From NCBI GenBank assembly GCA_965228475.1, contig OZ245817.1:4416001-4480000 (forward strand): DNA of 64,000 nt, given 5' to 3'. The notes under the pieces are model-generated. The model searched no databases, had not been told where the DNA came from, and saw only the letters and a list, made by a program, of their open reading frames with translations. The translations under genes and the position numbers were made by a program. Positions 1 through 8,698 of this stretch are shown here, piece after piece (within the stretch, counting starts at the first letter, position 1; every line of letters starts with the position of its first letter). This DNA is from Myxococcota bacterium (GTDB taxonomy: Bacteria; Myxococcota_A; UBA9160; JAFDDA01).

Positions 1-7
1 CTTTCCC

Positions 8-970
8 TTACGGGTGATGCGTCAGCTCAGGATCGATGCGGATGACACAGGGCCGTCCGAAATCGTCGTCCCGGATCTCGAAACGCCACTCGGGCGCCAT
101 CCAGATGATCTGGGCCCAGGGCAGCTGGGCCTCGTAGATCGCCTGGACCGAGATGTACTCGGTGAGCTCCGGGCATCGATCGTCGAGGATCGTGATGTCG
201 ACGGTGGTCGTTTGCTCGTGGGCAGGAAACGTGAAGGGCAACAGCTCCGGATAGGTCGTTACCGGCCCATCGAAGTCTTCCCCCGCCTTCGCGGTCGAGC
301 CGAAGGCGATCCAGAAGTCCAGAACCGGGATGGCGAAACGCCCAGAGTGCATGGCGTAGTAGTCCGTCACCGGTTCGTCGACCTTGAACATCTGCGAGAA
401 GGTGAGGGTCTCGGTCCGCGTGGGCGACTCGTCGAAGGGCGCGTTCTCCGCGGTGACGTCGATCAACGGAGGCCAGGCCGTGAACTGTGCACCCTGGATA
501 CAGATCGTTCCGTTCTGTTCCATCTGCGCCCACAGCGTATGGAGGCCGGGGTTGAGCGCGTAGCCCGGGGGCTCGTCGTCGAAGTCCGACGTGATCACGC
601 TGATGAAGGCGTACTGATCGGCGGTCTTCACCTGCTCGACGCCGCCGGTGGTGTTCCCGTCCAGCCACAGCGTGACGAAGGGGCCGAGCGCCGCGTTCGG
701 AAGAGTCCAGCTCAGCTCGAGGTTGCCCGACCCGTTGTGGTAGAGCGGCCATTCCGTGCCGAATGAGCCTGAGGTGACGAGGAACGGTTGGCAGCCCGCC
801 CCTTGAACGGCGCCGATCGAAGGCGGCTCCGGTGTTGCCGTCGGGCTGAGCGGGGATCCGCTGGGCTCGACCGGAACGACCCCGGAGAGCGAGGCAACGG
901 CAGGGAGAGCGAGAAAGAACGTCACCGAAGCCAGCAGTGCGGTGCGTTGGACGAGAGTTCCGAATTTCAT
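8..970 (-). CDS. Secreted protein with a C-terminal Calx-beta-like domain
   Basis: ORF 8..1012; ATG at 970 follows an AAGGA RBS. Signal peptide MKFGTLVQRTALLASVTFFLALPAVA. The C-terminal GSTAKAGEDF...FTFPAHEQTTTVDITILDDRCPELTEYI resembles Calx-beta. Confidence 0.65.
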   Translation of the reverse strand: MKFGTLVQRTALLASVTFFLALPAVASLSGVVPVEPSGSPLSPTATPEPPSIGAVQGAGCQPFLVTSGSFGTEWPLYHNGSGNLELSWTLPNAALGPFVTLWLDGNTTGGVEQVKTADQYAFISVITSDFDDEPPGYALNPGLHTLWAQMEQNGTICIQGAQFTAWPPLIDVTAENAPFDESPTRTETLTFSQMFKVDEPVTDYYAMHSGRFAIPVLDFWIAFGSTAKAGEDFDGPVTTYPELLPFTFPAHEQTTTVDITILDDRCPELTEYISVQAIYEAQLPWAQIIWMAPEWRFEIRDDDFGRPCVIRIDPELTHHP

Positions 971-1045
971 GGTGGGTTTCCTTGGTCGAGGGCCGGCCTG
1001 CGGGTGGGCCACGCCCGTCGAACGGGCCCACCCCTCCAGGCGAGT

Positions 1046-1537
1046 TCAGGGCTGTCGAGAGCCGAGCGGCGGGCGGCGAGCGCCGGCCAGGGCGACCACG
1101 ACGAGCAGGGCAAGGGCGGGCTCGGGCACACCGACGTGTCTTCCACTGAAGATGAAATCGCCGGACGGCGAGCCCCCGTCATGGACCGCCGAGTAGACGT
1201 CCATCCCGTTGCCGTGGGGGACGGTGCCGCTGAGCGACGTGCCGGTGGTTCCGGCGAAGAGCCAGGTCTCACCGTCCTCGTGGGTACTTCTCCCTGACCA
1301 GGCGAGCACACCTCCGGCTTCGCTGAAGAGGATGCTCACGTCCCAGAAACAATTCCCGGCGACGCAGGAGTTGAAGGCGACGTCCTGGCCGCCGTCGAGG
1401 ACGACTTCCAGACGCAGGCCGTAGCTCTCGGCGCTGTTGTCCTCGAACTCCACGTTGATGGTCACCGCCGACGCAGGGCCGGCGGCCAGAATCAGAGCCA
1501 ACCCGAGGACCGGCCAGGCAAAGGACCGAGCAGACAT
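1046..1537 (-). CDS. PEP-CTERM-type surface protein
   Basis: Signal peptide; C-terminal VPEPALALLVVVALAGARR; AGGAGG 7 nt before ATG 1537. Confidence 0.85.
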   Translation of the reverse strand: MSARSFAWPVLGLALILAAGPASAVTINVEFEDNSAESYGLRLEVVLDGGQDVAFNSCVAGNCFWDVSILFSEAGGVLAWSGRSTHEDGETWLFAGTTGTSLSGTVPHGNGMDVYSAVHDGGSPSGDFIFSGRHVGVPEPALALLVVVALAGARRPPLGSRQP

Positions 1538-1587
1538 GAGCACACCTCCTTGCCCTTTCGAGTCAATAAAACCGAAAGGACAATTTT

Positions 1588-1609
1588 AAATATACCGATC
1601 GGAATATTT
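1588..1609. promoter_or_regulatory. Palindromic operator-like site next to the sigma-54 -12 element
   Basis: AAATATACCGATCGGAATATTT is a near-perfect palindrome and resembles the sites at 2545-2589. Confidence 0.55.
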
Positions 1610-1624
1610 GCAACGGGCGTGCCA
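1609..1624 (-). promoter_or_regulatory. Sigma-54 (-24/-12) promoter of the PEP-CTERM gene
   Basis: The minus strand reads TGGCAC-GCCCG-TTGCA, an exact match to TGGCAC-N5-TTGCW, about 70 nt upstream of the start. Confidence 0.8.
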
Positions 1625-1743
1625 TCCGGGGCAGCGCACGGACTGCCGGGCGCAAGCCTTCGCCGGCGAAGGGATTTCCGAATGGCTGAGGAACGGAGCG
1701 AGCCCGGGGCGTTGGGAACGCCGGTTCCGTCCGAGCCGCAAAA

Positions 1744-1761
1744 TGGGAAAAACGTTTCCCA
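1744..1761. promoter_or_regulatory. Putative upstream activator sequence (bEBP site)
   Basis: Palindrome TGGGAAA-AACG-TTTCCCA about 120 nt upstream of the -24 box; the same motif recurs at 21411. Confidence 0.6.
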
Positions 1762-1833
1762 CGAGACGGATCATCGCCTCGACTCGCGGCGGTCGGCCAG
1801 GGGCTGGGATCGCCCTGAAAAGCCGGTCTGAGC

Positions 1834-2490
1834 CTACTTGCGGCGGTCCGAACTCGGCGGAGGCTCGCCGGACTCGAGCTCGGCGGCGTCTCGCTGGGCC
1901 TGCTCGACGATGGCCCGGACCGCGAACTGCGTCATCTCGCGGTAGATCTCCGGCGCGCGGCGGGTCCCCAGCCAGAGGGCCTCGGCTCCGTGGCCCAGCG
2001 CCGTGATCGCCTCGGCGGCCGGACGGCCGACCTCCTCAGGCAGGCCCAGGAACTCCTGGATGATGTTCACCCGGTGCTCGATGGAGAGCTTCGCCACGAC
2101 AGCATGGCCGTCGTTGACCATGGCGCTGGCCATCAGCTGCTGCATCGCGCTGGCGAAGGTTCGCAGCTCGGGCCGGAAGTGCAGAGCCAGCTGAGCGTCC
2201 AGCCGTTCGCTCCAGTCGCCGGGGGTCTGAGTGAGGATTCCGGTGAAGGCCTGGTGGGCTCGAGCGGCGATGGCTTGGAAGAGCCCCTCGCGCGAGCCGA
2301 AGTGGTGGAGGACCGAGGTCTTGCTGGTGTCCGCCTCGCGCGCGATGTCGGCCAAGGAGATGGCCATTCCCTGCTCGCCGATCAGACGGATCGTCGCGAG
2401 GAGGATCGCCTCCTTGGACTCCTCTCCCGCGCGCCCCTTCGGTCGCCCGGCCTTGCGGGCGGGCTTCGAAGGCGGGGATTCCGGAGCCAT
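1834..2490 (-). CDS. TetR/AcrR family transcriptional regulator
   Basis: HTH ILLATIRLIGEQGMAISLADIAREADTSKTSVLHHFGSREGL. Confidence 0.9.
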   Translation of the reverse strand: MAPESPPSKPARKAGRPKGRAGEESKEAILLATIRLIGEQGMAISLADIAREADTSKTSVLHHFGSREGLFQAIAARAHQAFTGILTQTPGDWSERLDAQLALHFRPELRTFASAMQQLMASAMVNDGHAVVAKLSIEHRVNIIQEFLGLPEEVGRPAAEAITALGHGAEALWLGTRRAPEIYREMTQFAVRAIVEQAQRDAAELESGEPPPSSDRRK

Positions 2491-2544
2491 TGAAAGAGGT
2501 TAGCAGTTCCCTCCTCTCTCTTTTTTCCTCAGCCTCGATTTTAT

Positions 2545-2589
2545 TAGACCATTCGCTCAATAGCATGTTAATAGATCAGTCAGTCTATT
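2545..2589. promoter_or_regulatory. Tandem TetR-type operators in an AT-rich divergent promoter
   Basis: TAGAC-CATTCG-CTCAA (2545-2560) and AATAGAT-CAGTCA-GTCTATT (2570-2589); consensus TAGAC-N6-GTCTA. Confidence 0.65.
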
Positions 2590-2603
2590 CAAAGGAGACT
2601 CCC

Positions 2604-5594
2604 ATGGCCCTTCTGCGCCTCTGGACCCTGCTCTGTTCCGTGCTCTTCCTTGCGGTGTCCCCCGCCCAGGCGGAGTCCGTCATTCCGGACCCGCCGGAAT
2701 GCTTGCCCGCCTCGGTCCTGGCTGCGCTCGAGGGGGCCGGCCTGCTCCCCACCGAAGAGGGCGAGGACGGAGACGTGGGCGCTGGGGGCGGCAGCCAGGG
2801 CGGCGGCGGGAATGACGGCATGCAAGGCTCGGACGGCGGCGCGACCGGGCCCGATCAGGGCGACGGGAGCGGGCACGACTCCGGTGACGGCGACCCGGAC
2901 GCTCCCTGGTGGACGAACATCCCCACCGACCTGCCCGAGGACTTCGAAGCCCCCTTCTACTGGATCTACTACTGGTCCAATGGCTACGGCCCGCCGCCTC
3001 CGGCCTGCGAGGACCTCCCGCCGCCGCCGGTCTCCTTCCTGTTCATCGAGATCACCGACCCGGAAGAAGACCCGTTCCACACGGTTCACGAGACCCAGAG
3101 CCTCGCCGGCGAAATCATCTCCGGCAACGGCTCCCCGCTCCAAGAGATCCAGTTCTTCAACCAGCGGAACCTGGACTGGGGCCTGGTCGACGTCTCCGGC
3201 GAAGCGTTCGACGTAGAGGGCATCGAACTCGAGATCGGGGAGAACCCGATCGTCGTCTTCGGCTCGAACGTAGCCGGCGCCTCGGACTCGGACACCATCA
3301 CGGTGATCCGCAAGGACAAGCACTGCAACACCCACCAGGGCAACGTGCTCTGCACGGAACCCTGGTGCGACGGCAGCTTGCCGATGTCGCTGATCAAGCC
3401 CCAGTACCGGACCTGGCTCGAGCAGCATCCGAGCGGGATCGGTGTGCTCTACCCGATGCACGGCGACTTCCCGCCGGCAACGGACCTTCCTCCCCCGCCG
3501 GCAGACCCGCTCGACGCAGAGCTCACCTACTCGGTCTTCCAGGAGAACGGTCAGCCGATGATCCGCTTCCACGCGGAGCTTCGCAGCTTCGACTCGCTGC
3601 CGACGCCCTTCACACTCGGGGAGGTGGCCGTGGAGGTCACGGCCTCCGGTGAGAACGGCGACACGACGATGCTGCTCACGCCGTTCTGCTACGACGACGC
3701 CGAGGCCTTCTACGACCTGAACGGCGAGGTCTTCGGCTACGTCGACGCCATCCTCCCCTACGACGGGACGACGACGGTTACGGCGACACTCGTCGAGGTC
3801 GACGACGAGGGCGAACCGATCGTCCCCACCGTCACCCTCGGCACCGACCGCAACACGTTCATTCCGAACGACAACCCGATCGCGACCACCGACCCCGTCC
3901 CGAACGGACTCGTGGCCCAGATCAACGACACCGGCCTCGACGCGGTGGCCGGTGCCTTCAGCGGCCAGGTCAGCACGCTGATCAAGGACGGCCTGGCGGA
4001 TACGGTTGGGGTGCCGCTACCGCAGTTCTCGTTCGAAACCACCTTCGAAGAGCTCGAGGTGACCTCCGTCGGTCTTGCGCTGAGCGAAACGAGCGCGCTC
4101 AACACGACCTTGGCGCTCAACGGTCTGAAAGGCCACCTGAAGGTCAACATTCCCATACTCGGGGATTGTCACATCTGGTTCGAGACCGACAGCGCCACCG
4201 TGGCGGCCAGCTTCACCCAGCTCCCCGCATCCGACGCCCACCAGATCGATCTCGCGCCCGCGGGTACAACGCTGTCGTTCTCGACGCCAACGTACGAATA
4301 CAGCGACAGTATCCTTTTCCCCGGCTGCGGCCCCGTCATGCTGTACCTCGGCCAGTCCATGGACGAGATCGTCGATGACATCATCACCGGGATCCTGGAA
4401 GGGGTCGACAAGGAACTCGAGCCGGGGCTCGAGAACGAGATCAACGGGCTCGGCCTGGGCTCGATGGTCGGAGACCTCCTGCAGGTGAAGTTCGACGGGA
4501 CCTTCTCGTCGATCGACGACTTGACTGCGATCGCCCGCTACAACGTCGACGCGCACTTCGAAGCCATCTCGGACAACGTGCTGGTGACGGAGTCCTTCGC
4601 GCCGCCGGATGATTTCATGCCCTTCGGCACGACCGCGCCGGGCGTCGGCGGCTTCGATCTCGGGGTGTATCTCACGCCCGCCGCCTTGAACCAGGTCCTG
4701 GCCGCGCGCACGAACGATGGCATGCTCAGTGGCCAGATCACGGAGCTGACACCGGGTCAGCCCCTCACGGTCGACCTGCTGAACACGTTCGGCGTTTTCT
4801 TCCCGGACGACGCGCAGAAGACCGACCCCGTCGTCGTGGAGCTCGTGCCCACGATGGCCCCCATGACGGACGGCGGGCCCGGGCCGGACGGCGACATGTA
4901 CCAGCTCGACATCTGGCAGCTCATCCTGAAGGTCCTCTGGACCGACGGTCAGGGAGAGGAAGTCGAAGTTCTTCGCGCGGCGGTGGACTTCTCCCTCGGG
5001 TTCGACATCGGGTTCCCCGAACCCTGGGCGCCTCCGGCCACCGAGCTCAGCCCGCCGACCGCACCGGCCGTAGTGAAAGTCCTCTTCGCTCCGTACGGAG
5101 TGAACGACTTCATCTTCCCGATTGCGGTGAGCGGCGTGCTGGCAACGAGCTTCGATGCTCTCGTGGGCGGCCTGTTCGGGGACGGCAACGGCGGCCCGAT
5201 CGGCGTCCTCGGACTGGACGTGGAGGGCGAGGGAGCCTTGCGAGCCGGGGACGCCATGGCGTTGCTCTTCGATCTCTCCATCGCACCGACGCAAGCCAAC
5301 CTCGTCTACGAGCAGGACGACATCGAGGACATCTCGGTGGAGTTCACGGTGACGTTCCCCTTCGACGGTGTCTCCTTCGCCTGGGACTTCGGCGACGGCG
5401 ATACGCAGACGACCTCGGGGCCGAGCGTCACCCACATCTACGGCGGCCTTCCGGGCTACAACGGGCTCCCGCCCGGCCTCCACGACTTCGGTGTGAAGGT
5501 GGACGTCACGCGGGAGAACGGCGCCGTGGTCTCGGGCAACACGGCCATCCTGATCTGCATCAAGGAGAACCCGGACGACGTCTGCGAGCAGTGA
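2604..5594 (+). CDS. Large acidic secreted protein: Ig-like region, putative BPI/LBP (TULIP)-like lipid-binding region, C-terminal PKD domain
   Basis: ATG 2604 follows AAAGGAG; signal peptide ends AQA; Gly/Asp linker. GLVAQINDTGLDAV and DLGVYLTPAALNQVL resemble the two BPI lobes. PKD motif FAWDFGDGDTQTTSGPSVTHIY. The BPI call is by eye. Confidence 0.7.
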   Translation: MALLRLWTLLCSVLFLAVSPAQAESVIPDPPECLPASVLAALEGAGLLPTEEGEDGDVGAGGGSQGGGGNDGMQGSDGGATGPDQGDGSGHDSGDGDPDAPWWTNIPTDLPEDFEAPFYWIYYWSNGYGPPPPACEDLPPPPVSFLFIEITDPEEDPFHTVHETQSLAGEIISGNGSPLQEIQFFNQRNLDWGLVDVSGEAFDVEGIELEIGENPIVVFGSNVAGASDSDTITVIRKDKHCNTHQGNVLCTEPWCDGSLPMSLIKPQYRTWLEQHPSGIGVLYPMHGDFPPATDLPPPPADPLDAELTYSVFQENGQPMIRFHAELRSFDSLPTPFTLGEVAVEVTASGENGDTTMLLTPFCYDDAEAFYDLNGEVFGYVDAILPYDGTTTVTATLVEVDDEGEPIVPTVTLGTDRNTFIPNDNPIATTDPVPNGLVAQINDTGLDAVAGAFSGQVSTLIKDGLADTVGVPLPQFSFETTFEELEVTSVGLALSETSALNTTLALNGLKGHLKVNIPILGDCHIWFETDSATVAASFTQLPASDAHQIDLAPAGTTLSFSTPTYEYSDSILFPGCGPVMLYLGQSMDEIVDDIITGILEGVDKELEPGLENEINGLGLGSMVGDLLQVKFDGTFSSIDDLTAIARYNVDAHFEAISDNVLVTESFAPPDDFMPFGTTAPGVGGFDLGVYLTPAALNQVLAARTNDGMLSGQITELTPGQPLTVDLLNTFGVFFPDDAQKTDPVVVELVPTMAPMTDGGPGPDGDMYQLDIWQLILKVLWTDGQGEEVEVLRAAVDFSLGFDIGFPEPWAPPATELSPPTAPAVVKVLFAPYGVNDFIFPIAVSGVLATSFDALVGGLFGDGNGGPIGVLGLDVEGEGALRAGDAMALLFDLSIAPTQANLVYEQDDIEDISVEFTVTFPFDGVSFAWDFGDGDTQTTSGPSVTHIYGGLPGYNGLPPGLHDFGVKVDVTRENGAVVSGNTAILICIKENPDDVCEQ

Positions 5595-5616
5595 CGCCCT
5601 TCCATGGTGTAAGTTG

Positions 5617-5646
5617 GAGCGGCCCTACCCCACGGTAGGGCCGCTC
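5617..5646 (+). terminator. Stem-loop, probable terminator
   Basis: GAGCGGCCCTACC-CCAC-GGTAGGGCCGCTC is a perfect 13-bp stem after the stop; there is no U-tract. Confidence 0.55.
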
Positions 5647-5675
5647 TGCGGGCGCGGTCAGCCTGGTGCGGGACG

Positions 5676-6341
5676 ATGCGGATGAAGTCGAAGCGCAAGA
5701 GAGGGCGGCCGCGCGGGAGCGATCCGGCGCCGAGCAAGGACGACATCCTCGAAGCCGCCGTCGCCTCGGTGGCGGAAGTGGGCCTGCAGCGCGCTTCGAT
5801 CTCCCACGTGGCGGAGAAGGCCGGCGCCAGCAAGACCTCCGTCCTCTACCATTTCCGTAATCGTGAGGGCCTCGTGGCCGCGCTGGCGCTCAAGGTCTTG
5901 AGCGACTTCCAGGAAGGCGTCTCCACCGGCTCGAAGCTCCCCAGGGGCGACGTCGCGCGCGCCGAGGCGGGCGTCCGGGCGTTCTTCAAGCCCGAGTACC
6001 GCGAATCGCTCGTCGTGATGCGCGAGCTCATGACCCAGGGCGCCTTCGACAAGCGCATGGGCGAGCTGGTGCGGTTCGCCGTCGAGACGCGCGTCCAGAT
6101 GATCGCGTCGCTGCTCGACCTCCCCACGCCCCTCGCGCTCTCCACCGCGCGCAACCTGGTGATGGCCGTGCAGGGTGCCGTCGACGCCTGGGTCTGCAGC
6201 GGAAGCCGCAACCCGGCGCCGTATTGCGAATCCGCGATCGAGACCGCGCGCGCCCTGATCGAGAGCGCCGGCAACCGGGCTCGGCTCGTCGCGATCCCCG
6301 ACGATGAAGAAGAGGAGTTCCCCGCCGACGACGAGGGCTAG
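5676..6341 (+). CDS. TetR/AcrR family regulator (paralogue of 1834..2490)
   Basis: HTH ASISHVAEKAGASKTSVLYHFRNREGL; shares the SKTSVLxHF helix and the N-terminal GRPxG. Confidence 0.9.
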   Translation: MRMKSKRKRGRPRGSDPAPSKDDILEAAVASVAEVGLQRASISHVAEKAGASKTSVLYHFRNREGLVAALALKVLSDFQEGVSTGSKLPRGDVARAEAGVRAFFKPEYRESLVVMRELMTQGAFDKRMGELVRFAVETRVQMIASLLDLPTPLALSTARNLVMAVQGAVDAWVCSGSRNPAPYCESAIETARALIESAGNRARLVAIPDDEEEEFPADDEG

Positions 6342-6368
6342 CGCCCTCGCCGTCGACGGAGGGGTGCC

Positions 6369-7118
6369 TCAGTCCTTGTAGCTCGGATCCAGGCGATCCA
6401 GCTGGCGGCGCATCGCCGGCCAGAGGAGCGCGTTCCCGACGACCGGCAGGCCGTTGCCCTGCTGGGCCGTCTTCTCGACGACGGCCGGCTCGACCTCGAC
6501 CGCGCCCTGGCTCCCGGAGAGCGTCCGCACCTGCATCGAGCACGCGCGCTCGAGGTAGTACATGCGGGTGAACGCTTCGGCGACGGTCGAGCCGACGGTC
6601 AGCGTGCCGTGGTTGTGGAGCAGCATCAGGTGCTTGTCGCCGATGTCCCGCACCAGGCGCTCGCGCTCGTCGAGGTCGAGGGCCACGCCTTCGTAGTCGT
6701 GATAGGCGATGTCCTCGCGCACGAGCAGCGCGGTCTGGTTCAGGGGCAGGAGCCCTTCCTTCTGGGTCGAAACCGCCGTGCCGTCGAGGGTGTGGAGGTG
6801 CAGCACGCACATCGCATCCTCGCGCGCCTGGTGGATCGCGCTGTGGATCACGAACCCGGCGGGGTTCACGGGGTGGCCCGAGTCGAGCACGACGTTCCCG
6901 TCGAGATCGATCTTCGCGAGGCTCGAGGCGGTGATCTCGTCGAAGAGCAGCCCGAAGGGGTTGATCAGGAAGTGGTGCTCGGGCCCGGGGACCCGGACGG
7001 AGATGTGGGTGAAGATCAGGTCGTCCCAGCCGAGCCGGGCCACCTGGCGGTAGCAGGCCGCGAGGTCCTCGCGGATCGCCCATTCTTCTTCGGATACCTG
7101 GTCGCGGATGGATGCCAT
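6369..7118 (-). CDS. Class II aldolase/adducin family protein
   Basis: DLIFTHISVRVPG, GFVIHSAIH, CVLHLHT, LLHNHG motifs. Confidence 0.92.
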   Translation of the reverse strand: MASIRDQVSEEEWAIREDLAACYRQVARLGWDDLIFTHISVRVPGPEHHFLINPFGLLFDEITASSLAKIDLDGNVVLDSGHPVNPAGFVIHSAIHQAREDAMCVLHLHTLDGTAVSTQKEGLLPLNQTALLVREDIAYHDYEGVALDLDERERLVRDIGDKHLMLLHNHGTLTVGSTVAEAFTRMYYLERACSMQVRTLSGSQGAVEVEPAVVEKTAQQGNGLPVVGNALLWPAMRRQLDRLDPSYKD

Positions 7119-7193
7119 GGGTTCGTCTCCTTCGTGTGGAGAGGATCCTATGGCAGCGGAACATCATTGAAAATTAGATCTTTGTCGCTTAAA

Positions 7194-7210
7194 CATAACG
7201 CAACGTTATG
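7194..7210. promoter_or_regulatory. LysR-type T-N11-A binding site
   Basis: Palindrome CATAACG-CAA-CGTTATG between the divergent aldolase and LysR genes. Confidence 0.75.
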
Positions 7211-7220
7211 GAGAAACGTC

Positions 7221-8132
7221 GTGGAGATCCGGCAATTGGAGCACCTGGTGGCCGCCGTGGAGCTCGGCACCCTGCGCGAGGCCGCCGAGCGCTGCCACAT
7301 CTCCCAGCCGGGCCTCTCCATGAGCCTGCGGCGGCTCGAGGATTTCCTCGGGGTGAAGGTGCTCGAGCGCGAGCCGCGCGGCGTCGTCCCCACCCGCTAC
7401 GGCGAGGTCCTCTGCCGCCACGCGAAGATCGTGCTCGCCCACGTGCGCCACGCCACCAGCGAGATCGAGAGCCTGCGCGGCGAGGGCGCCGGCGAGCTCC
7501 GCATCGGGGTCGGCGCGAGCTTCATGAACCGGGCGCTCGCGCGGGTGGTGGCGCGGCTCATCGAGAGCCGGCCGGGCTTCGCCCTCCACGTTTCCGAGGG
7601 CGTCGCCGAGGACCAGATCCCCCGCCTTGCCGAGGGCGAGCTCGACCTCGCCCTGGTGCGCTTCCCGTCGACGCCGCCGGACGCGACGCTCGTCTACGAA
7701 ACGCTCCATCGCCGCGAGCTGTGCGCCTGGGTGCGCGCCGGGCACCCGCTCGCCGAGCGGGCGCAGGAACTCACGCTCGAAGATCTCGTCCAGGCCCGGT
7801 GGAGCACGCCGGACGATGCGCCCCAGGAGATCGCGGGCCCGATCTACCGGGCGCTCCAGCGCGCCGGCTTCGCGACGCGCCCGACGGTGCAGACCAACTC
7901 GGTGCCGTTCCTGAAGCGGCTCGTGCTCGCGAGCGATTGTCTGGCGCTGCTGCCCGAGGGCGCCGTGGCGGACGAGGTCGCCGATGGGGAGCTCGTCGGG
8001 TTGAAGCTCCCGGGCGTCGATCTCAGCGACGAGGTGGGCGCCGTCTACCGGCGCGAGCTCGCGGAGCTTCCCGTCCTCGGCGAGATCGTCGAGGCCCTGC
8101 GCGAAGAGCTCCCACGCGCGGGGCTCGAGTGA
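7221..8132 (+). CDS. LysR family transcriptional regulator
   Basis: GTG start within ORF 6609..8132; EIRQLEHLVAAVELGTLREAAERCHISQPGLSMSLRRLE. Confidence 0.92.
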   Translation: MEIRQLEHLVAAVELGTLREAAERCHISQPGLSMSLRRLEDFLGVKVLEREPRGVVPTRYGEVLCRHAKIVLAHVRHATSEIESLRGEGAGELRIGVGASFMNRALARVVARLIESRPGFALHVSEGVAEDQIPRLAEGELDLALVRFPSTPPDATLVYETLHRRELCAWVRAGHPLAERAQELTLEDLVQARWSTPDDAPQEIAGPIYRALQRAGFATRPTVQTNSVPFLKRLVLASDCLALLPEGAVADEVADGELVGLKLPGVDLSDEVGAVYRRELAELPVLGEIVEALREELPRAGLE

Positions 8133-8157
8133 GGGGAAAGCCGGCGCGCGCGGCCCG

Positions 8158-8679
8158 CTAGCCCTCGTCGACGAGCTTCTCGAGGATGCCGTCGATCGCC
8201 TTTTCGGCGATCTCCACCATCTCGCCGTCGGTGCGGTCCTGGATGGGGTGCTGGACGAAGACGGCCGCCGGATCGGCGCCGAGGGCCCGGGCCTGGGCCT
8301 CCGCCGCGTCCACGAACTCCGTCGTCGCGACGAACACGCCGGGGATGCCGCGGGCTTCGAGGTCGACCGTGTCGTGCACACTGCACGACGTGCAGCTGCC
8401 TCAATCGGCGAGCGCTTCCACCACCGCATCGCACTCGACGGCGATCTCCTGACGGAGATCGGGCGGGGCGGGCTTCGTGAAGGTCGGCTTCTTGTAGCGG
8501 CGCACCTCGGCGCCGCGCTCGCGCAGGCCCTGCTCGAGCCGGTCGAGGAAGACGTCGCCGCGGGCCTTCGAGATGTCGAGCAGGCCGACGGTGCGGCCGG
8601 CCAGGGTGTCGAGCCGGGCCAGGCGCTCGCGCGTGGCCGCGCTCCGCTCACTCGTCGGGTCGAGGAGGATGCGGGTCAC
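8158..8679 (-). CDS. UGSC-family selenoprotein (in-frame UGA at 8401-8403 read as Sec; 173 aa)
   Basis: ORFs 8401..8679 and 8158..8379 are in the same frame. The junction GAT TGA GGC AGC TGC ACG TCG TGC AGT GTG CAC GAC reads D-U-G-S-C-T-S-C-S-V-H-D. Confidence 0.88.
8371..8389 (-). promoter_or_regulatory. Putative bacterial SECIS hairpin
   Basis: GTCGTGCA-GTG-TGCACGAC begins 11 nt 3' of the UGA; the loop starts with G. Confidence 0.65.
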
Positions 8680-8698
8680 GGGCGTACCCCAGGGTGCG

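Noticed and set aside
1550..1831. Short ORFs in the 1550-1831 intergenic region
   Set aside because: No RBS or motifs; the region is explained by promoter, operator and enhancer elements.
2490..2603. TTG start at 2490 for the large secreted protein
   Set aside because: It would overlap the TetR start and the operator region; ATG 2604 has a strong RBS and begins a signal peptide.
6322..6359. Imperfect hairpin between the convergent TetR and aldolase genes
   Set aside because: It overlaps the coding end, has mismatches and lacks a U-tract; at most an ordinary terminator.
8158..8679. Pseudogene with a premature stop
   Set aside because: The stop is UGA in a U-G-S-C motif followed by a SECIS-like hairpin, and both halves look intact; recoding fits better.
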